Shown: positions 1 through 9,396 of the stretch, piece after piece | Layout of the letters: each line of letters starts with the position of its first letter | Numbering within the stretch: position 1 is the first letter of the stretch | Assembly (NCBI GenBank): GCA_951812955.1 | Contig: OX638340.1 | Span: 576,001-640,000, forward strand | Source: an uncultured Gemmatimonadota bacterium | GTDB taxonomy: Bacteria; JAAXHH01 | DNA: 64,000 nt | Direction of reading: 5' to 3' | Translations under genes and position numbers: made by a program | The notes under the pieces: model-generated | The model's database searches: none | What the model was told of the DNA's origin: nothing | What the model saw: only the letters and a program-made list of their open reading frames with translations

Positions 1-569
1 TCGATCCTGATATTCATCTGAACCGGGTCGGCGTAATCAACCAGACTACCATGCTCGCCAGCGAGACGCATGAAATCGCGCGGTTAATCAGAGAAGCGCT
101 GGAGGTACGGCATGGCACCGAACTTATATCCGATCATTTCGCCGATACCTCGGATACCCTGTGCTACGCCAGCAACGAAAATCAGAATGCCACATACGCC
201 ATGATTGACAAGGGGGCTGACGTCGCCCTTGTCGTCGGGGGCTACAACTCGTCCAACACTTCTCATCTCGTAGAGCTTTGCGGGGAAACGATCAGCACCT
301 TCTTCATCAACAGCAGCAAAGACATCCTCTCCGACAGGCAGATCCGCCACTTCGACCTGGAATCCAAGTCGATCCTCGCCACCATTGACTGGCTCCCGGC
401 CGCCCGGCCCGTGGACATCATCCTGACCTGCGGCGCTTCGTGTCCCGATATCATGCTGGACAACGTGCTGCTGCGCATTCTTTCATTCTTTCCCAATGCA
501 CCGCCGGTAGCGGAAGTCCTTGCCGATTACGAAAACACCGTACGGAAGCCGGTGGTTGCAGAATCGTGA
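1..569 (+). CDS. ispH: 4-hydroxy-3-methylbut-2-enyl diphosphate reductase, C-terminal part (5' end lies outside the window)
   Basis: Translation contains 'VVGGYNSSNTSHLVEL', matching the conserved IspH/LytB C-terminal region. The ORF runs from the window edge to a stop at 569. Confidence 0.7.
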   Translation, partial: DPDIHLNRVGVINQTTMLASETHEIARLIREALEVRHGTELISDHFADTSDTLCYASNENQNATYAMIDKGADVALVVGGYNSSNTSHLVELCGETISTFFINSSKDILSDRQIRHFDLESKSILATIDWLPAARPVDIILTCGASCPDIMLDNVLLRILSFFPNAPPVAEVLADYENTVRKPVVAES

Positions 570-675
570 ACTGGCCGCCGTCCCTTGAACGGCGGCGTGG
601 CGGAAGATCGCCTTGTGCCCGGTCGCCCGTACATTCGAGACACACTCGAGACACATTTCACTACAGGGGAGTTTC

Positions 676-1542
676 ATGCAGATCGGGGTGAGTTCATACA
701 GTTACAGCAGATTGATCCGAAGCGGTGCGATGACGGAATTCGACGCGGTCCGCCAGACGGCGGAACTCGGATTCGACGTGATCGAATTCTCCTCACTGAA
801 CCCGCCCGGGAACCAGTCATTCGAGGAGTATGCCCCTGAGATACGCGCGGCCTGCGACGAGGCGGGTCTGCCCATCGCCAACTACACGGTCGGAGCGGAT
901 TTCATCAACGGAAGCGAAGGAAACCGGGACGTCGAGGTTGAACGGGTGAAGGACGAGGTGCGTATCGCCCACTTGCTCGGTGCACCCGGCATGCGCCACG
1001 ACGCCACCCGGGGGTTTCCTGGAAGCCGTCCCGGCGAACGATCATTCGACGACGCCCTTGCCATCCTCGTGCCGGCGATCCGGGCGGTCACGGAGTTTGC
1101 CGAGGACCTGGGTGTCCGTACCATGGTGGAGAATCACGGGTTGTTCTGCCAGGACAGCGATCGCGTGGAGAAACTGGTCAATGCGGTAAATCACGAGAAC
1201 TTCGGTGTGCTCATCGACATGGGCAATTTCCTGTGCGTGGATGAACAGCCTGACATCGCCGTGGGACGTTTGATTCCGTACGCTTTTCACGTCCACGCCA
1301 AGGACTTCCACACCAAGCCGGGCACGGCGCCCGATCCCGGCGAGGGATGGTTCCGAACGCGGGGGGGCAACTATCTGAAGGGTGCTGTCGTCGGCCACGG
1401 CGAAGTACCCCTGACTTCGTGTCTGCAGGTGCTATCGCGGCACGGGTACGATGGCGTGCTTTCCATCGAATTCGAAGGCATGGAATATCCCGTCGACGGC
1501 GTTCGCATCGGGCTCGAAAACCTCAAGCGCTATCTGGGCTGA
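676..1542 (+). CDS. sugar phosphate isomerase/epimerase (xylose-isomerase-like TIM barrel) family protein
   Basis: 289-aa ORF starting 'MQIGVSSYSYSRL', preceded by a GGGGAG RBS. Residues such as 'VENHG', 'HVHAKD' and 'LSIEFEG' are typical of the AP-endonuclease-2/xylose-isomerase-like fold. Confidence 0.65.
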   Translation: MQIGVSSYSYSRLIRSGAMTEFDAVRQTAELGFDVIEFSSLNPPGNQSFEEYAPEIRAACDEAGLPIANYTVGADFINGSEGNRDVEVERVKDEVRIAHLLGAPGMRHDATRGFPGSRPGERSFDDALAILVPAIRAVTEFAEDLGVRTMVENHGLFCQDSDRVEKLVNAVNHENFGVLIDMGNFLCVDEQPDIAVGRLIPYAFHVHAKDFHTKPGTAPDPGEGWFRTRGGNYLKGAVVGHGEVPLTSCLQVLSRHGYDGVLSIEFEGMEYPVDGVRIGLENLKRYLG

Positions 1543-1572
1543 GGATCAGACCGGACAGCTGCTCCGCGTTTC

Positions 1573-2538
1573 TTATCCGAGCCGGACGACCTCGCCCGTC
1601 TCCATGGATTCATTCGCTGCAAGCGTGACCGCCAGACTGTCGACCACGTCTCCGTAAGCCGACCGGATCAGAGACGGATTCTCTTCTTCGACGGCCTGCA
1701 GGAAGAGTTCGTTCTCGAGCTGGTAGGGGTTGTTCCGGCCCGGGTACCTTACCGTTTCATCTTCCCTTACGACCACGAGTTCTCCCCGCACGATCTCGAC
1801 CGTCAATCCGCGGGCGATGACCTGGAGTCCGGTGCCATACCCCTGTTCGGCGACACAGGACGAGAGAATCGTGGCCACGGCGCCGCTCGCGAAGGTAAGC
1901 GATACGGTGCTGGCATCCTCCACGTCGTAATTTTGCAGGTCTTCCATAAGGCCCTTCGTACCCGCGGCGTATACGCTGACCACGTCGCCCATGAGATACC
2001 GCGCGCAGTCGTACACGTGCGTGGTCTGTTCCACGATCTGTCCACCTGACTTGGATTTTACGCGCCACCAGGGTGAGCCGGGCGTGTTGCCGATCCAGTA
2101 TCCATAGGCCAGGGCCGGGCGAACGCCGGACAACAGCTCCCGTGCCTTCTGCGTTACGTCGAGGTACCGCCAGTTGTATCCGACGCAGGAGAGCACCCCG
2201 CTTTCCTCGACCTTCGCCGCGATAACCCGCGCGGTATCCATGTCCAGCGCCTGCGGTTTCTCGACGAACAGGTGGAGGTTGCGTTCCAGCACGGCCAACT
2301 CGGGCTCGCCATGGGCGAAGGGCGGGAGGCATACGTACACGGCATCCAGCTCTTCCCTGTCCAGCATCTCACGGTAGTCGCCGTATGCGCGACCGCCGCA
2401 CCGGTCAGCCGCCGCCTGCGCGCGATCGATAGAGATATCCGCGTACGCCACGAGTTCGGCCCGATCGATATCCGGCAAGAGCCCCAGATGCATGCCCGCT
2501 ATGCCGCCGGTTCCTATAAAACCAATACGAACGCCCAT
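1573..2538 (-). CDS. Gfo/Idh/MocA family NAD(P)-dependent oxidoreductase
   Basis: N-terminus 'MGVRIGFIGTGGIAGMH' (Rossmann GxGxxG) with a GGAGGA RBS 6 nt upstream. 'LFVEKP' motif. Internal start chosen over the longer ORF (2637) because of the RBS and family length. Confidence 0.8.
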   Translation of the reverse strand: MGVRIGFIGTGGIAGMHLGLLPDIDRAELVAYADISIDRAQAAADRCGGRAYGDYREMLDREELDAVYVCLPPFAHGEPELAVLERNLHLFVEKPQALDMDTARVIAAKVEESGVLSCVGYNWRYLDVTQKARELLSGVRPALAYGYWIGNTPGSPWWRVKSKSGGQIVEQTTHVYDCARYLMGDVVSVYAAGTKGLMEDLQNYDVEDASTVSLTFASGAVATILSSCVAEQGYGTGLQVIARGLTVEIVRGELVVVREDETVRYPGRNNPYQLENELFLQAVEEENPSLIRSAYGDVVDSLAVTLAANESMETGEVVRLG

Positions 2539-2614
2539 GTGCAGTCCTCCGCTGTTTCTGGTACGTGAAACCCTGGATGACCGGTCATACCCACCGCCGT
2601 TCATCCTTAAAAAG

Positions 2615-4369
2615 TCACTGTTCCCTCTTTGCGACAATCATCGTCGTGTCGTCGTCCTGGCTGTCGCCACCCACGAAGGCGCGCCACACTTCGATCACGT
2701 GGTCCCGGATCTCCTCGACCGTGCATGAATGGCAGTCCTTGATCGCCTGCTCCAGCCGGTCGATTCCGAAGATCTCGTCCCTGTCGTTGGATTTCTCGAT
2801 GAGACCATCGGAATACAGGACCACGACATCGCCTTCGTCCAGGTACACGCGTCCGTCCTCGAAACTCGCGTAGTCGAAGGAACCCACGATCAGGCCCCCG
2901 GTGTAAAGGTTGACCGTTTCGCCGGATTTCCTGCACAGCAAGGGCGGCGGATGGCCGGCATTGCAGTAGACGAAGGTGTTTTCCTGCAGGTTCGCGATGC
3001 CGTAGAACAGGGTGGCGAACCGGTCCGCGGACGTGACCTCGTACAGGACCTCGTTGACGTGCCCGATTACGTAACTCGGCAGGTATACGTAGTAATTGGC
3101 AAATTCGTGGAATGACGTGTAGAGCGAAGCCATGGTCAGCGCGGCGGGAATGCCCTTGCCGACCACGTCGCCCACGGCTAGGCCCAGTTGCTTGTCCGAA
3201 AAGGGAATGAAATCGTAGAAGTCGCCCCCGACCTCCCTGCTGGGCTCGCTGAATACGGCCAGGGAAAGGCCGGGCACTTCAGGCACGGCGCGCGGCAAAA
3301 GGGCGCGCTGGATCTCACCGGCGACCTCCAGCTCCCTGTCCAGCAACCGGCTTCGGCGCGCGTCCTCGAACAGGCGCGCGTTCTGTATAGCGATACTTGC
3401 CTGGGAAGCGAAGGCTTCGAGCAGGAACTGGGCTTCCTCGTTGTAAGCGTTTGCCTCGTCGTTTTCGATGTTGAAGACCCCGATCACCTGATCTCCTGAA
3501 AGTATAGGCACGGCCATCTCCGATTTGGTGCCCGGCCGGTGTTGCACGTACCGGTCGTCCCGGGACACGTCCGACACGATGATCGCCCGGCCGGTCTCGG
3601 CCGCTGATCCGCTGATGCCTTCGCCCATTTTCAGGTTGATCGCGTCCAGATCCGGCGAATATCCCCTGATGGTCCGTTCGACCACCGCGTTCCGGTCTTT
3701 GTCGAGAAGAAAGATGGCCGCTGCGTCGTAGGGCACCACGGTCTGCAGCGCATCGATGATCAGGTTCAGCACCTCGCTCAGATCCAGCGAACTGCTAATC
3801 CGCTTTCCCACCTCGTACAGGGCGGTTCGGTGAATCATCTGCTGACGGGCCAGCTTGAAATGCAAAAGGCGCGTGACCGAGTAGCCCGCGTGGCGCGCCA
3901 GAGAAATGGTGACTTCAAGGCGTTCGGAATCAAATTCGGTCTCGCCGGAATCCATGACCGCCAGCAGTACGCAGTGAAACCGGACGTCGATCTGGTGATG
4001 AAACAACACGGCATGGCCGGAGAGGGCATTCCGGTCAGTCATGGCATGCAGGGGCCAGTCCAATTGCTGCACGTCCTCGATCAACCGGGTACTCGGCTGC
4101 GGTCGCAGCCAGGACAGCAATAATTCGACTTCCCGCTCCTCAATGGGTTGGAAAAACCCGCATCCTGCAGTTTCGAAGACGATCCGATTCGAGTCACAGT
4201 CCACCATGAAGAATCGGCAGACTTCCGCGCCGGACAGCTCCAGCGTGATTTCTTCGATGGCGGCGGACAGGTCGGCTTCGTCCGTTGCGGCCGTCATCCG
4301 GGTCAGGCCCTCGACCACGCGGTGCCACAGGATGTCCGATCGCGCTTCTACGATATTTGGTTCCAGCAT
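2615..4369 (-). CDS. GAF-domain-containing PP2C/SpoIIE-type serine phosphatase (RsbU-like)
   Basis: C-terminal 'GGDFYDF...GLAVGDVVGKGIPAAL...NAGHPPPLL...YSDGLIE' PP2C motifs. A central GAF-like region follows about 170 aa of unknown N-terminal domain. Confidence 0.8.
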   Translation of the reverse strand: MLEPNIVEARSDILWHRVVEGLTRMTAATDEADLSAAIEEITLELSGAEVCRFFMVDCDSNRIVFETAGCGFFQPIEEREVELLLSWLRPQPSTRLIEDVQQLDWPLHAMTDRNALSGHAVLFHHQIDVRFHCVLLAVMDSGETEFDSERLEVTISLARHAGYSVTRLLHFKLARQQMIHRTALYEVGKRISSSLDLSEVLNLIIDALQTVVPYDAAAIFLLDKDRNAVVERTIRGYSPDLDAINLKMGEGISGSAAETGRAIIVSDVSRDDRYVQHRPGTKSEMAVPILSGDQVIGVFNIENDEANAYNEEAQFLLEAFASQASIAIQNARLFEDARRSRLLDRELEVAGEIQRALLPRAVPEVPGLSLAVFSEPSREVGGDFYDFIPFSDKQLGLAVGDVVGKGIPAALTMASLYTSFHEFANYYVYLPSYVIGHVNEVLYEVTSADRFATLFYGIANLQENTFVYCNAGHPPPLLCRKSGETVNLYTGGLIVGSFDYASFEDGRVYLDEGDVVVLYSDGLIEKSNDRDEIFGIDRLEQAIKDCHSCTVEEIRDHVIEVWRAFVGGDSQDDDTTMIVAKREQ

Positions 4370-4441
4370 GGGATGTAGGTGCTGTGTGCCCCGAGTCAGC
4401 GGGCGGTTTCCGGACCTTCTGGTTCGATCGGGGTCGATCGA

Positions 4442-5440
4442 TCAGATGCGGTCCGACAGTAAGGCGACAGCCTGTTGCATGTCGTCAGGCACAGGCGCGC
4501 TAAAGGTATGGGTCCGGCCCGAGTAGGGATGAATAAACTCCAGTTCGGATGCATGTAGCGCTTGCCGCTTCAGGATATCCAGCATCATGCGCAACCGGGG
4601 ACGGCGCCGTGGCGCAATACGGGCCAGCCGTTTGATCCTTCCCCCGTAGACAGGATCCCCGATGACGGGATGGCCCAGATGGGCAAGGTGGACCCTGATC
4701 TGGTGGGTACGGCCGGTTTCCAGCGCCAGGGCCAGCAACGTCCCGTCCTCCATGGAATCACGTACCCGGAAGTGGGTTACGGCCCGGCGGCCTCGGTCCT
4801 CTTCCACTACGGCCATCCGTTGTCTGTACCGTGGATGCCTGCCGATCGGCGCGTCTACCGTACCCGAAGACTCGGCGAACTGGCCCCACACCAGCCCGGT
4901 ATATCCGCGCTTGATGCGGCGCTCGGCCAGTTGGCGGGAAAGAAACGCATGGGCGTCTTCGCGTTTCGCTACGATCATCAGGCCGGACGTATCCTTGTCC
5001 AGACGATGCACGATTCCGGGCCGGACGGGATCGTCAAACCACTTCAGACTCTTGCAGTGGTGCAGCAACGCATTTACCAGCGTAGAACGCGAATGTCCAT
5101 ACGCGGGATGTACGACCATTCCCGCCGCCTTGTTCACAACCAGGAACGCTTCGTCTTCATAGACGATGTCCAGCGGGATGGACTCCGGTTCCACGGTAGA
5201 AGGAGGGGGATCTGGAACGGTCACGATGACGACGTCGCCTTCGCAAACACCGTGTCCACACTTCTCGACGACGATCGAGTTGACCGAAACCGCACCGGCC
5301 CGTATCCAGCGCTGAATCTTCGACCGGGTTACCGGCAGGTCCGTATCCGAAAGATACTGGTCCAGTCGCCTCTGGGACTGCGCGGCGGGCACCACGGTCT
5401 CAACGATGGATCCCTCGCTGTCATCCGGAAGGCGCTTCAT
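4442..5440 (-). CDS. rluD: RluA/RluD-family 23S rRNA pseudouridine synthase
   Basis: 'HRLDKDTSGLMIVAKRE' catalytic-Asp motif and an S4-like N-terminus ('LDQYLSD...'). Overlaps the lspA stop by 20 nt, in conserved lspA-rluD order. Confidence 0.85.
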   Translation of the reverse strand: MKRLPDDSEGSIVETVVPAAQSQRRLDQYLSDTDLPVTRSKIQRWIRAGAVSVNSIVVEKCGHGVCEGDVVIVTVPDPPPSTVEPESIPLDIVYEDEAFLVVNKAAGMVVHPAYGHSRSTLVNALLHHCKSLKWFDDPVRPGIVHRLDKDTSGLMIVAKREDAHAFLSRQLAERRIKRGYTGLVWGQFAESSGTVDAPIGRHPRYRQRMAVVEEDRGRRAVTHFRVRDSMEDGTLLALALETGRTHQIRVHLAHLGHPVIGDPVYGGRIKRLARIAPRRRPRLRMMLDILKRQALHASELEFIHPYSGRTHTFSAPVPDDMQQAVALLSDRI

Positions 5441-5897
5441 CGTTCAAGATCCGGTTGATCGCGGGCAGCCGGGTGAACAGCAGGATGATTCCGATGGTAA
5501 TGGCAGTGTCCGCCACGTTGAATACGGGCCATCGGTACGCTCCCATCCCGATATCTATGAAATCCGTGACCTCGCCATAGAGCGCGCGATCGATCAGGTT
5601 GCCAAAGGCGCCGCCCAGGATACCCATCATGGCATAACGGCCCCACCGCTCGGCGGATGGAAGCCTTATAAGGTAATAGAGCATGACCACACAGGCAATG
5701 ACCGACAGAACCAGGTAGATCCATCGGCCGCCCAGCGTGATTCCGAACGCGGCCCCGGGATTCCGTATGTAGGTTAACTGGACCATTTCCCCAAGGAGGG
5801 GATAGGACTGGTGCAGCGCCATCCCCTGCTGAACGGCGATCTTGGTAATCTGGTCCAGGATCAGGATGACGGCGCAGACGACGGCCGGCTTTGTCAA
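5421..5897 (-). CDS. lspA: lipoprotein signal peptidase II
   Basis: 158 aa with four TM segments. Conserved 'NPGAAFG' and 'FNVADTAITIGIILL' LspA boxes. Confidence 0.9.
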   Translation of the reverse strand: MTKPAVVCAVILILDQITKIAVQQGMALHQSYPLLGEMVQLTYIRNPGAAFGITLGGRWIYLVLSVIACVVMLYYLIRLPSAERWGRYAMMGILGGAFGNLIDRALYGEVTDFIDIGMGAYRWPVFNVADTAITIGIILLFTRLPAINRILNDEAPSG

Positions 5898-5916
5898 TGC
5901 TTGCAGTCTGGAGATG

Positions 5917-6291
5917 TTAGATCAGACCTCGTTCTTCTTTGGATTTACACTCAATGCACATCCGGGCGTGGGGTACGGCCTCGAGCCGCGCCTTGCCGAT
6001 ATCACTGTTACACACGTAGCAAAGGCCGTAGGCGCCGTTCTTGATTCGCTCCAGGGCTTCGTCGATATGAAACAGGAATCTGCCCTCCCGGGAGGCGAGA
6101 TCATAGGCCTGTTCCTGCTCCATGGACTCGGTGCCCTGGTCTGCCGGGTGTTCCGAGAAAGGATAGCTGCCCGCGACATCGCGCGCAGCGGAATTAATCG
6201 TCTTGTCACCGAAATAGCCCAGCTCATGCAACAGGGTTTCACGTTTCTCGAGCAGGAGCTTTTCGAATCGTTTCAAATCTGCACCCGTCAT
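5917..6291 (-). CDS. DksA/TraR-family C4-type zinc-finger protein (ylyA-like position)
   Basis: 'CYVCNSDIGKARLEAVPHARMCIECKSKEE' gives a C4 zinc finger at the C-terminus, with a coiled-coil N-terminus. Start 'MTGADLKRFEK' has a GGAGG RBS. The longer upstream ORF extension (to 6411) has no RBS. Confidence 0.7.
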   Translation of the reverse strand: MTGADLKRFEKLLLEKRETLLHELGYFGDKTINSAARDVAGSYPFSEHPADQGTESMEQEQAYDLASREGRFLFHIDEALERIKNGAYGLCYVCNSDIGKARLEAVPHARMCIECKSKEERGLI

Positions 6292-7063
6292 CCATACCTC
6301 CACGACAAAGAAGACATTGATTGATGATTTCCGCCAGCCTTCCGTATACCTCACTTTGCGCGGGTATCGACGAAAATAAGGCATTTCCGTCGACCGGCCA
6401 ACACTTTTCAACGACCCCCACCGCGGCGACCGGCAAACCGCAATGCACGGCCGCGATCACTTCATCCAGCAATCCTTCGCCGACCACATCTATACCCGCA
6501 TCGATACCCGACTGCAACCACGTAGATGGATCGTCACCGGCCGTGGACCCGCCGATCCGGCCATACACAACGCTCCGCAAGTCAAGGCCCATCGATGCCG
6601 CACCGCGCTTCAGCCTGAACGACCAGAGCGCGTCATAAGGTTCGCTCATGTCGGGATAACGCGGACCCAGCCGTTCGTCGTTGGGGCCCCGCAGCGGGCT
6701 CTCACCTGTGCAGTTTACGTGATCGCCCACAAGCACGTAAGAACCGGCTTCGTATTCGTTATTCAGTGCGGTACAGCCTGCCGCGATTACCAGGCTCTCT
6801 GCGCGCAATATACGCAGGACCCGCACCGCATCGATTCTGCGTTCCGGTTCCACGTCGAATCCAAGGAAGGGAAGCACCACCGGTCCAGCCCGGTATACAG
6901 TCTCAAAGGGCGACCAGGATCCGGACGTCTTCATTTCCTTCCAGTTAAAGGCATGCGATGATTCACGGGGAAGCATCAGACCGACAATTCTGTTGCCCCG
7001 CAGTTGTTCTTCCATCCTGCCGGCCAGCATAGTAATTCGGTCGTAGGTCATCCTGCTGCGCAA
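6239..7063 (-). CDS. purine nucleoside phosphorylase (PNP-I) family protein, divergent
   Basis: '[25 protein letters not shown]' and '[26 protein letters not shown]' align with the PNP motifs '[23 protein letters not shown]' and '[24 protein letters not shown]'. The canonical 'GPSFET' and N-terminal GSGLG boxes are not recognisable. The 3' end overlaps the dksA-like start by about 50 nt. Confidence 0.55.
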   Translation of the reverse strand: [274 protein letters not shown]

Positions 7064-7087
7064 GTCAGCCCCTGGATATCGAGTGAA

Positions 7088-7606
7088 TCACGGAACTCGG
7101 CCCGATTGGGACTGCGGACCGGGTTCCAGCGTCTGGTTCTCGCCGCTTTCTTTCTTCATGCTCAGCATGGTGTCGAGCTGTTCCTGGTGAGATTCGAGCA
7201 GAATCCGGAATTTAACCTCGTAGTCTTTTCTCAAGGAAGTGAGCTCACGGAGTTCCCGTTTGATTTCGGTGACCTGGTTATTCGCGTCGGATATCCAGCG
7301 GTCCGCCTGGTTTTCCGCTTCCTTCAACACGTTCTCCGCTTCCTTCATGGCATTGGCTTTCATGTCGTGAATGACCCGCTGCGCCGACACCAGGGCGTCT
7401 TCGAGCAGTTTCCGCCGCCTGCCGACATCGGATAGCTCGTGATCCATCTTCGCCACCTGGCCGCGCAACGTTTCATTGTCCCTGACCAGTATTTCGAGCG
7501 CGGCGGCGGTAGAATTCAGAAACGCCTCCACTTCATCCATATCATATCCACTGACCCAACGTGTCTTGAATTTCTGACTCCGTATTTCATCGGGATTGAT
7601 GTCCAT
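7088..7606 (-). CDS. divIVA: cell-division/polar-scaffold protein DivIVA
   Basis: N-terminus 'DINPDEIRSQKFKTRWVSGYDMDEVEAFL' is the DivIVA signature, followed by coiled coil. Confidence 0.85.
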   Translation of the reverse strand: MDINPDEIRSQKFKTRWVSGYDMDEVEAFLNSTAAALEILVRDNETLRGQVAKMDHELSDVGRRRKLLEDALVSAQRVIHDMKANAMKEAENVLKEAENQADRWISDANNQVTEIKRELRELTSLRKDYEVKFRILLESHQEQLDTMLSMKKESGENQTLEPGPQSQSGRVP

Positions 7607-7637
7607 GTATCACCTCTATTTCTAGTTCGCGCTCCGG

Positions 7638-8462
7638 TCAGATCCGAAGCAACAGGGGCAGGAGACTTACCTGGATAAACCTGAGGATCAGGATAGCGAT
7701 CAACGGCGAAAAATCGATGCCGTACGTCGTCGGAAGTAACCTGCGGATCGGTTCCAAAATGGGATCGCTGTACAGGATGAGCATTTGAAAGAGCGCGTTG
7801 CTCGTGTCCGGGTTGAAGAACGAGAGCACCGCGCGTACGAGTATCACGATAAAGAGCACGTCGAATATGAAGTCGACCAGGTAGACGATGCTTCCGAGGA
7901 TCATCCCCGCCGCCGAACCGGCCGCCTGTGCCGCCAGCACGCCGACCTGGTAAAACACCATACCGTGCAGAACACCCAGGAGCACGATGCCCAGCAGTGC
8001 GGAAACGTCCGCGCGACCGATACGGTAGCCGGTGAAGCGGCGGATTGGAGCAAGGAAGAAGTGGGCGATGTTGTGCATCATGTGCCCGGACTGGCTGAAT
8101 GCGAACGGAGACTCGATCGAGATGAAAAAGGCGCCTAGGAACAGGATGGCCAGCACCCGCACTGAAAAATCGAATACATCCAGCAATCCGGAAGTCATGG
8201 AGACGGTGAAGGGGACGCCCATGACGACTGTCGTGAGCATTCCCTGCACTACGACGAGCAAAAGAATGGCAAAGACGGGCGACCAGTCGAAACGGGGCTC
8301 GCCGCGCATGATGACCTGGCGAATCGGCCGCAGCACGGGTTCGGTCGCGGTGTACAGGCCCCTTTGGATCGGATTCTCGCTAAAGGGACTCGCAGCAGGC
8401 ATGAACAGGCGAATTCCGAAGGCCAGCATGTATATGTTGATGATTAACTCGATCAGTCCCAT
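7638..8462 (-). CDS. YggT/Ycf19-family membrane protein (duplicated YggT domain)
   Basis: Two internally repeated YggT-like hydrophobic modules ('LIELIINIYMLAFGIRL...' and '...VDFIFDVLFIVILVRAVLSF'). Internal ATG start chosen at the first YggT module. Lies downstream of yggS as in ylmE-ylmG clusters. Confidence 0.7.
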   Translation of the reverse strand: MGLIELIINIYMLAFGIRLFMPAASPFSENPIQRGLYTATEPVLRPIRQVIMRGEPRFDWSPVFAILLLVVVQGMLTTVVMGVPFTVSMTSGLLDVFDFSVRVLAILFLGAFFISIESPFAFSQSGHMMHNIAHFFLAPIRRFTGYRIGRADVSALLGIVLLGVLHGMVFYQVGVLAAQAAGSAAGMILGSIVYLVDFIFDVLFIVILVRAVLSFFNPDTSNALFQMLILYSDPILEPIRRLLPTTYGIDFSPLIAILILRFIQVSLLPLLLRI

Positions 8463-8496
8463 GTAGAGTCCCGTTCCATGCCAGGTCGGTGTCGCG

Positions 8497-9246
8497 TCAC
8501 GCCGGGCGTGCGCCGAAAATCGCCGTACCAACCCGGATCATATCCGCGCCTTCTTCAATGGCTACTTCAAAGTCATGGGACATGCCCATGGAGAGAACGT
8601 CCATGCCGATGCCCGTGACACCGGCGGAAGCAATGCGATCTCGCGTATCCCGGAGCATCCGGAAAGCAGGCCGGACATCTTCAGGATCGGGCGAGAAGGC
8701 GGGGATCGTCATCAGTCCCCTGACGGACAGCCCGGAGAGGACGGACAACTGCTCCGCGAGTTCCAGCGCGCGGTCAGGCTCCACACCTGCCTTCGTCTCC
8801 TCCGACGATGTGTTGACCTGGATCAGCACGGGCATGATCCTTCCCGCGGTCTGGAGACGCCGATCCAGTTCCTGTCCGAGCGAAAGGCGGTCGACTGAGT
8901 GGATCATGTCGAAAATCCGCACGGCAGACTTCGCCTTGTTACGCTGCAGCGGACCGATCATGTGCCACGTGGCGCCGTCTTCCGGACGGGCCTTCTCAAG
9001 CGCTTCCTGCACCCTGTTTTCACCGAAATCCGTGACACCGGCCCGCAAGGCTTCTTCGATCATCGCAAGGGGCTTGGTCTTCGATACCGCAATGAGGTGA
9101 ATGGACGAGGCCTCGCGGCCGGTTCGTTCGGCAGCCTTGGATATACGGTCGTACACCCGGACCAGATTGTCTTTGATCGTGGACAAAGGATCAGCCTCAT
9201 CGAAAAACAAGTCTGATAATATATGCGACCCGGGACTACGTCGCAA
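8497..9246 (-). CDS. yggS: YggS-family pyridoxal-phosphate homeostasis protein (alanine-racemase-N fold)
   Basis: 'LIAVSKTKP' PLP-lysine motif, plus 'GENRVQE', 'HMIGPLQRNKA' and 'SMGMSHDFEVAIEEG'. The exact start is uncertain; a TTG near 'LSTIKDNL' is possible. Confidence 0.8.
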   Translation of the reverse strand: MRRSPGSHILSDLFFDEADPLSTIKDNLVRVYDRISKAAERTGREASSIHLIAVSKTKPLAMIEEALRAGVTDFGENRVQEALEKARPEDGATWHMIGPLQRNKAKSAVRIFDMIHSVDRLSLGQELDRRLQTAGRIMPVLIQVNTSSEETKAGVEPDRALELAEQLSVLSGLSVRGLMTIPAFSPDPEDVRPAFRMLRDTRDRIASAGVTGIGMDVLSMGMSHDFEVAIEEGADMIRVGTAIFGARPA

Positions 9247-9396
9247 TAGAAATCAGAAATTGTCGAGATTGCATCGGTGAACGAGATTCTGCCCGGCTTC
9301 TCCGACTGTAACAAAAGTGCAAACGGCTGCGATGCCGCGTTTCCGGACCGGCCGGCCGGCATGAGTGACGCAGCCTGAAATCGGAAAGGGAACATC

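Noticed and set aside
1757-2332. 191-aa Arg-rich ORF and other 60-170-aa ORFs embedded in or antisense to annotated genes throughout the window (for example 4562..5458, 13800..14516, 21503..22153, 22258..23100, 23623..24324, 49624..50517)
   Set aside because: All lie within or opposite confidently assigned genes and have low-complexity basic or proline-rich composition. Judged to be GC-driven spurious ORFs.
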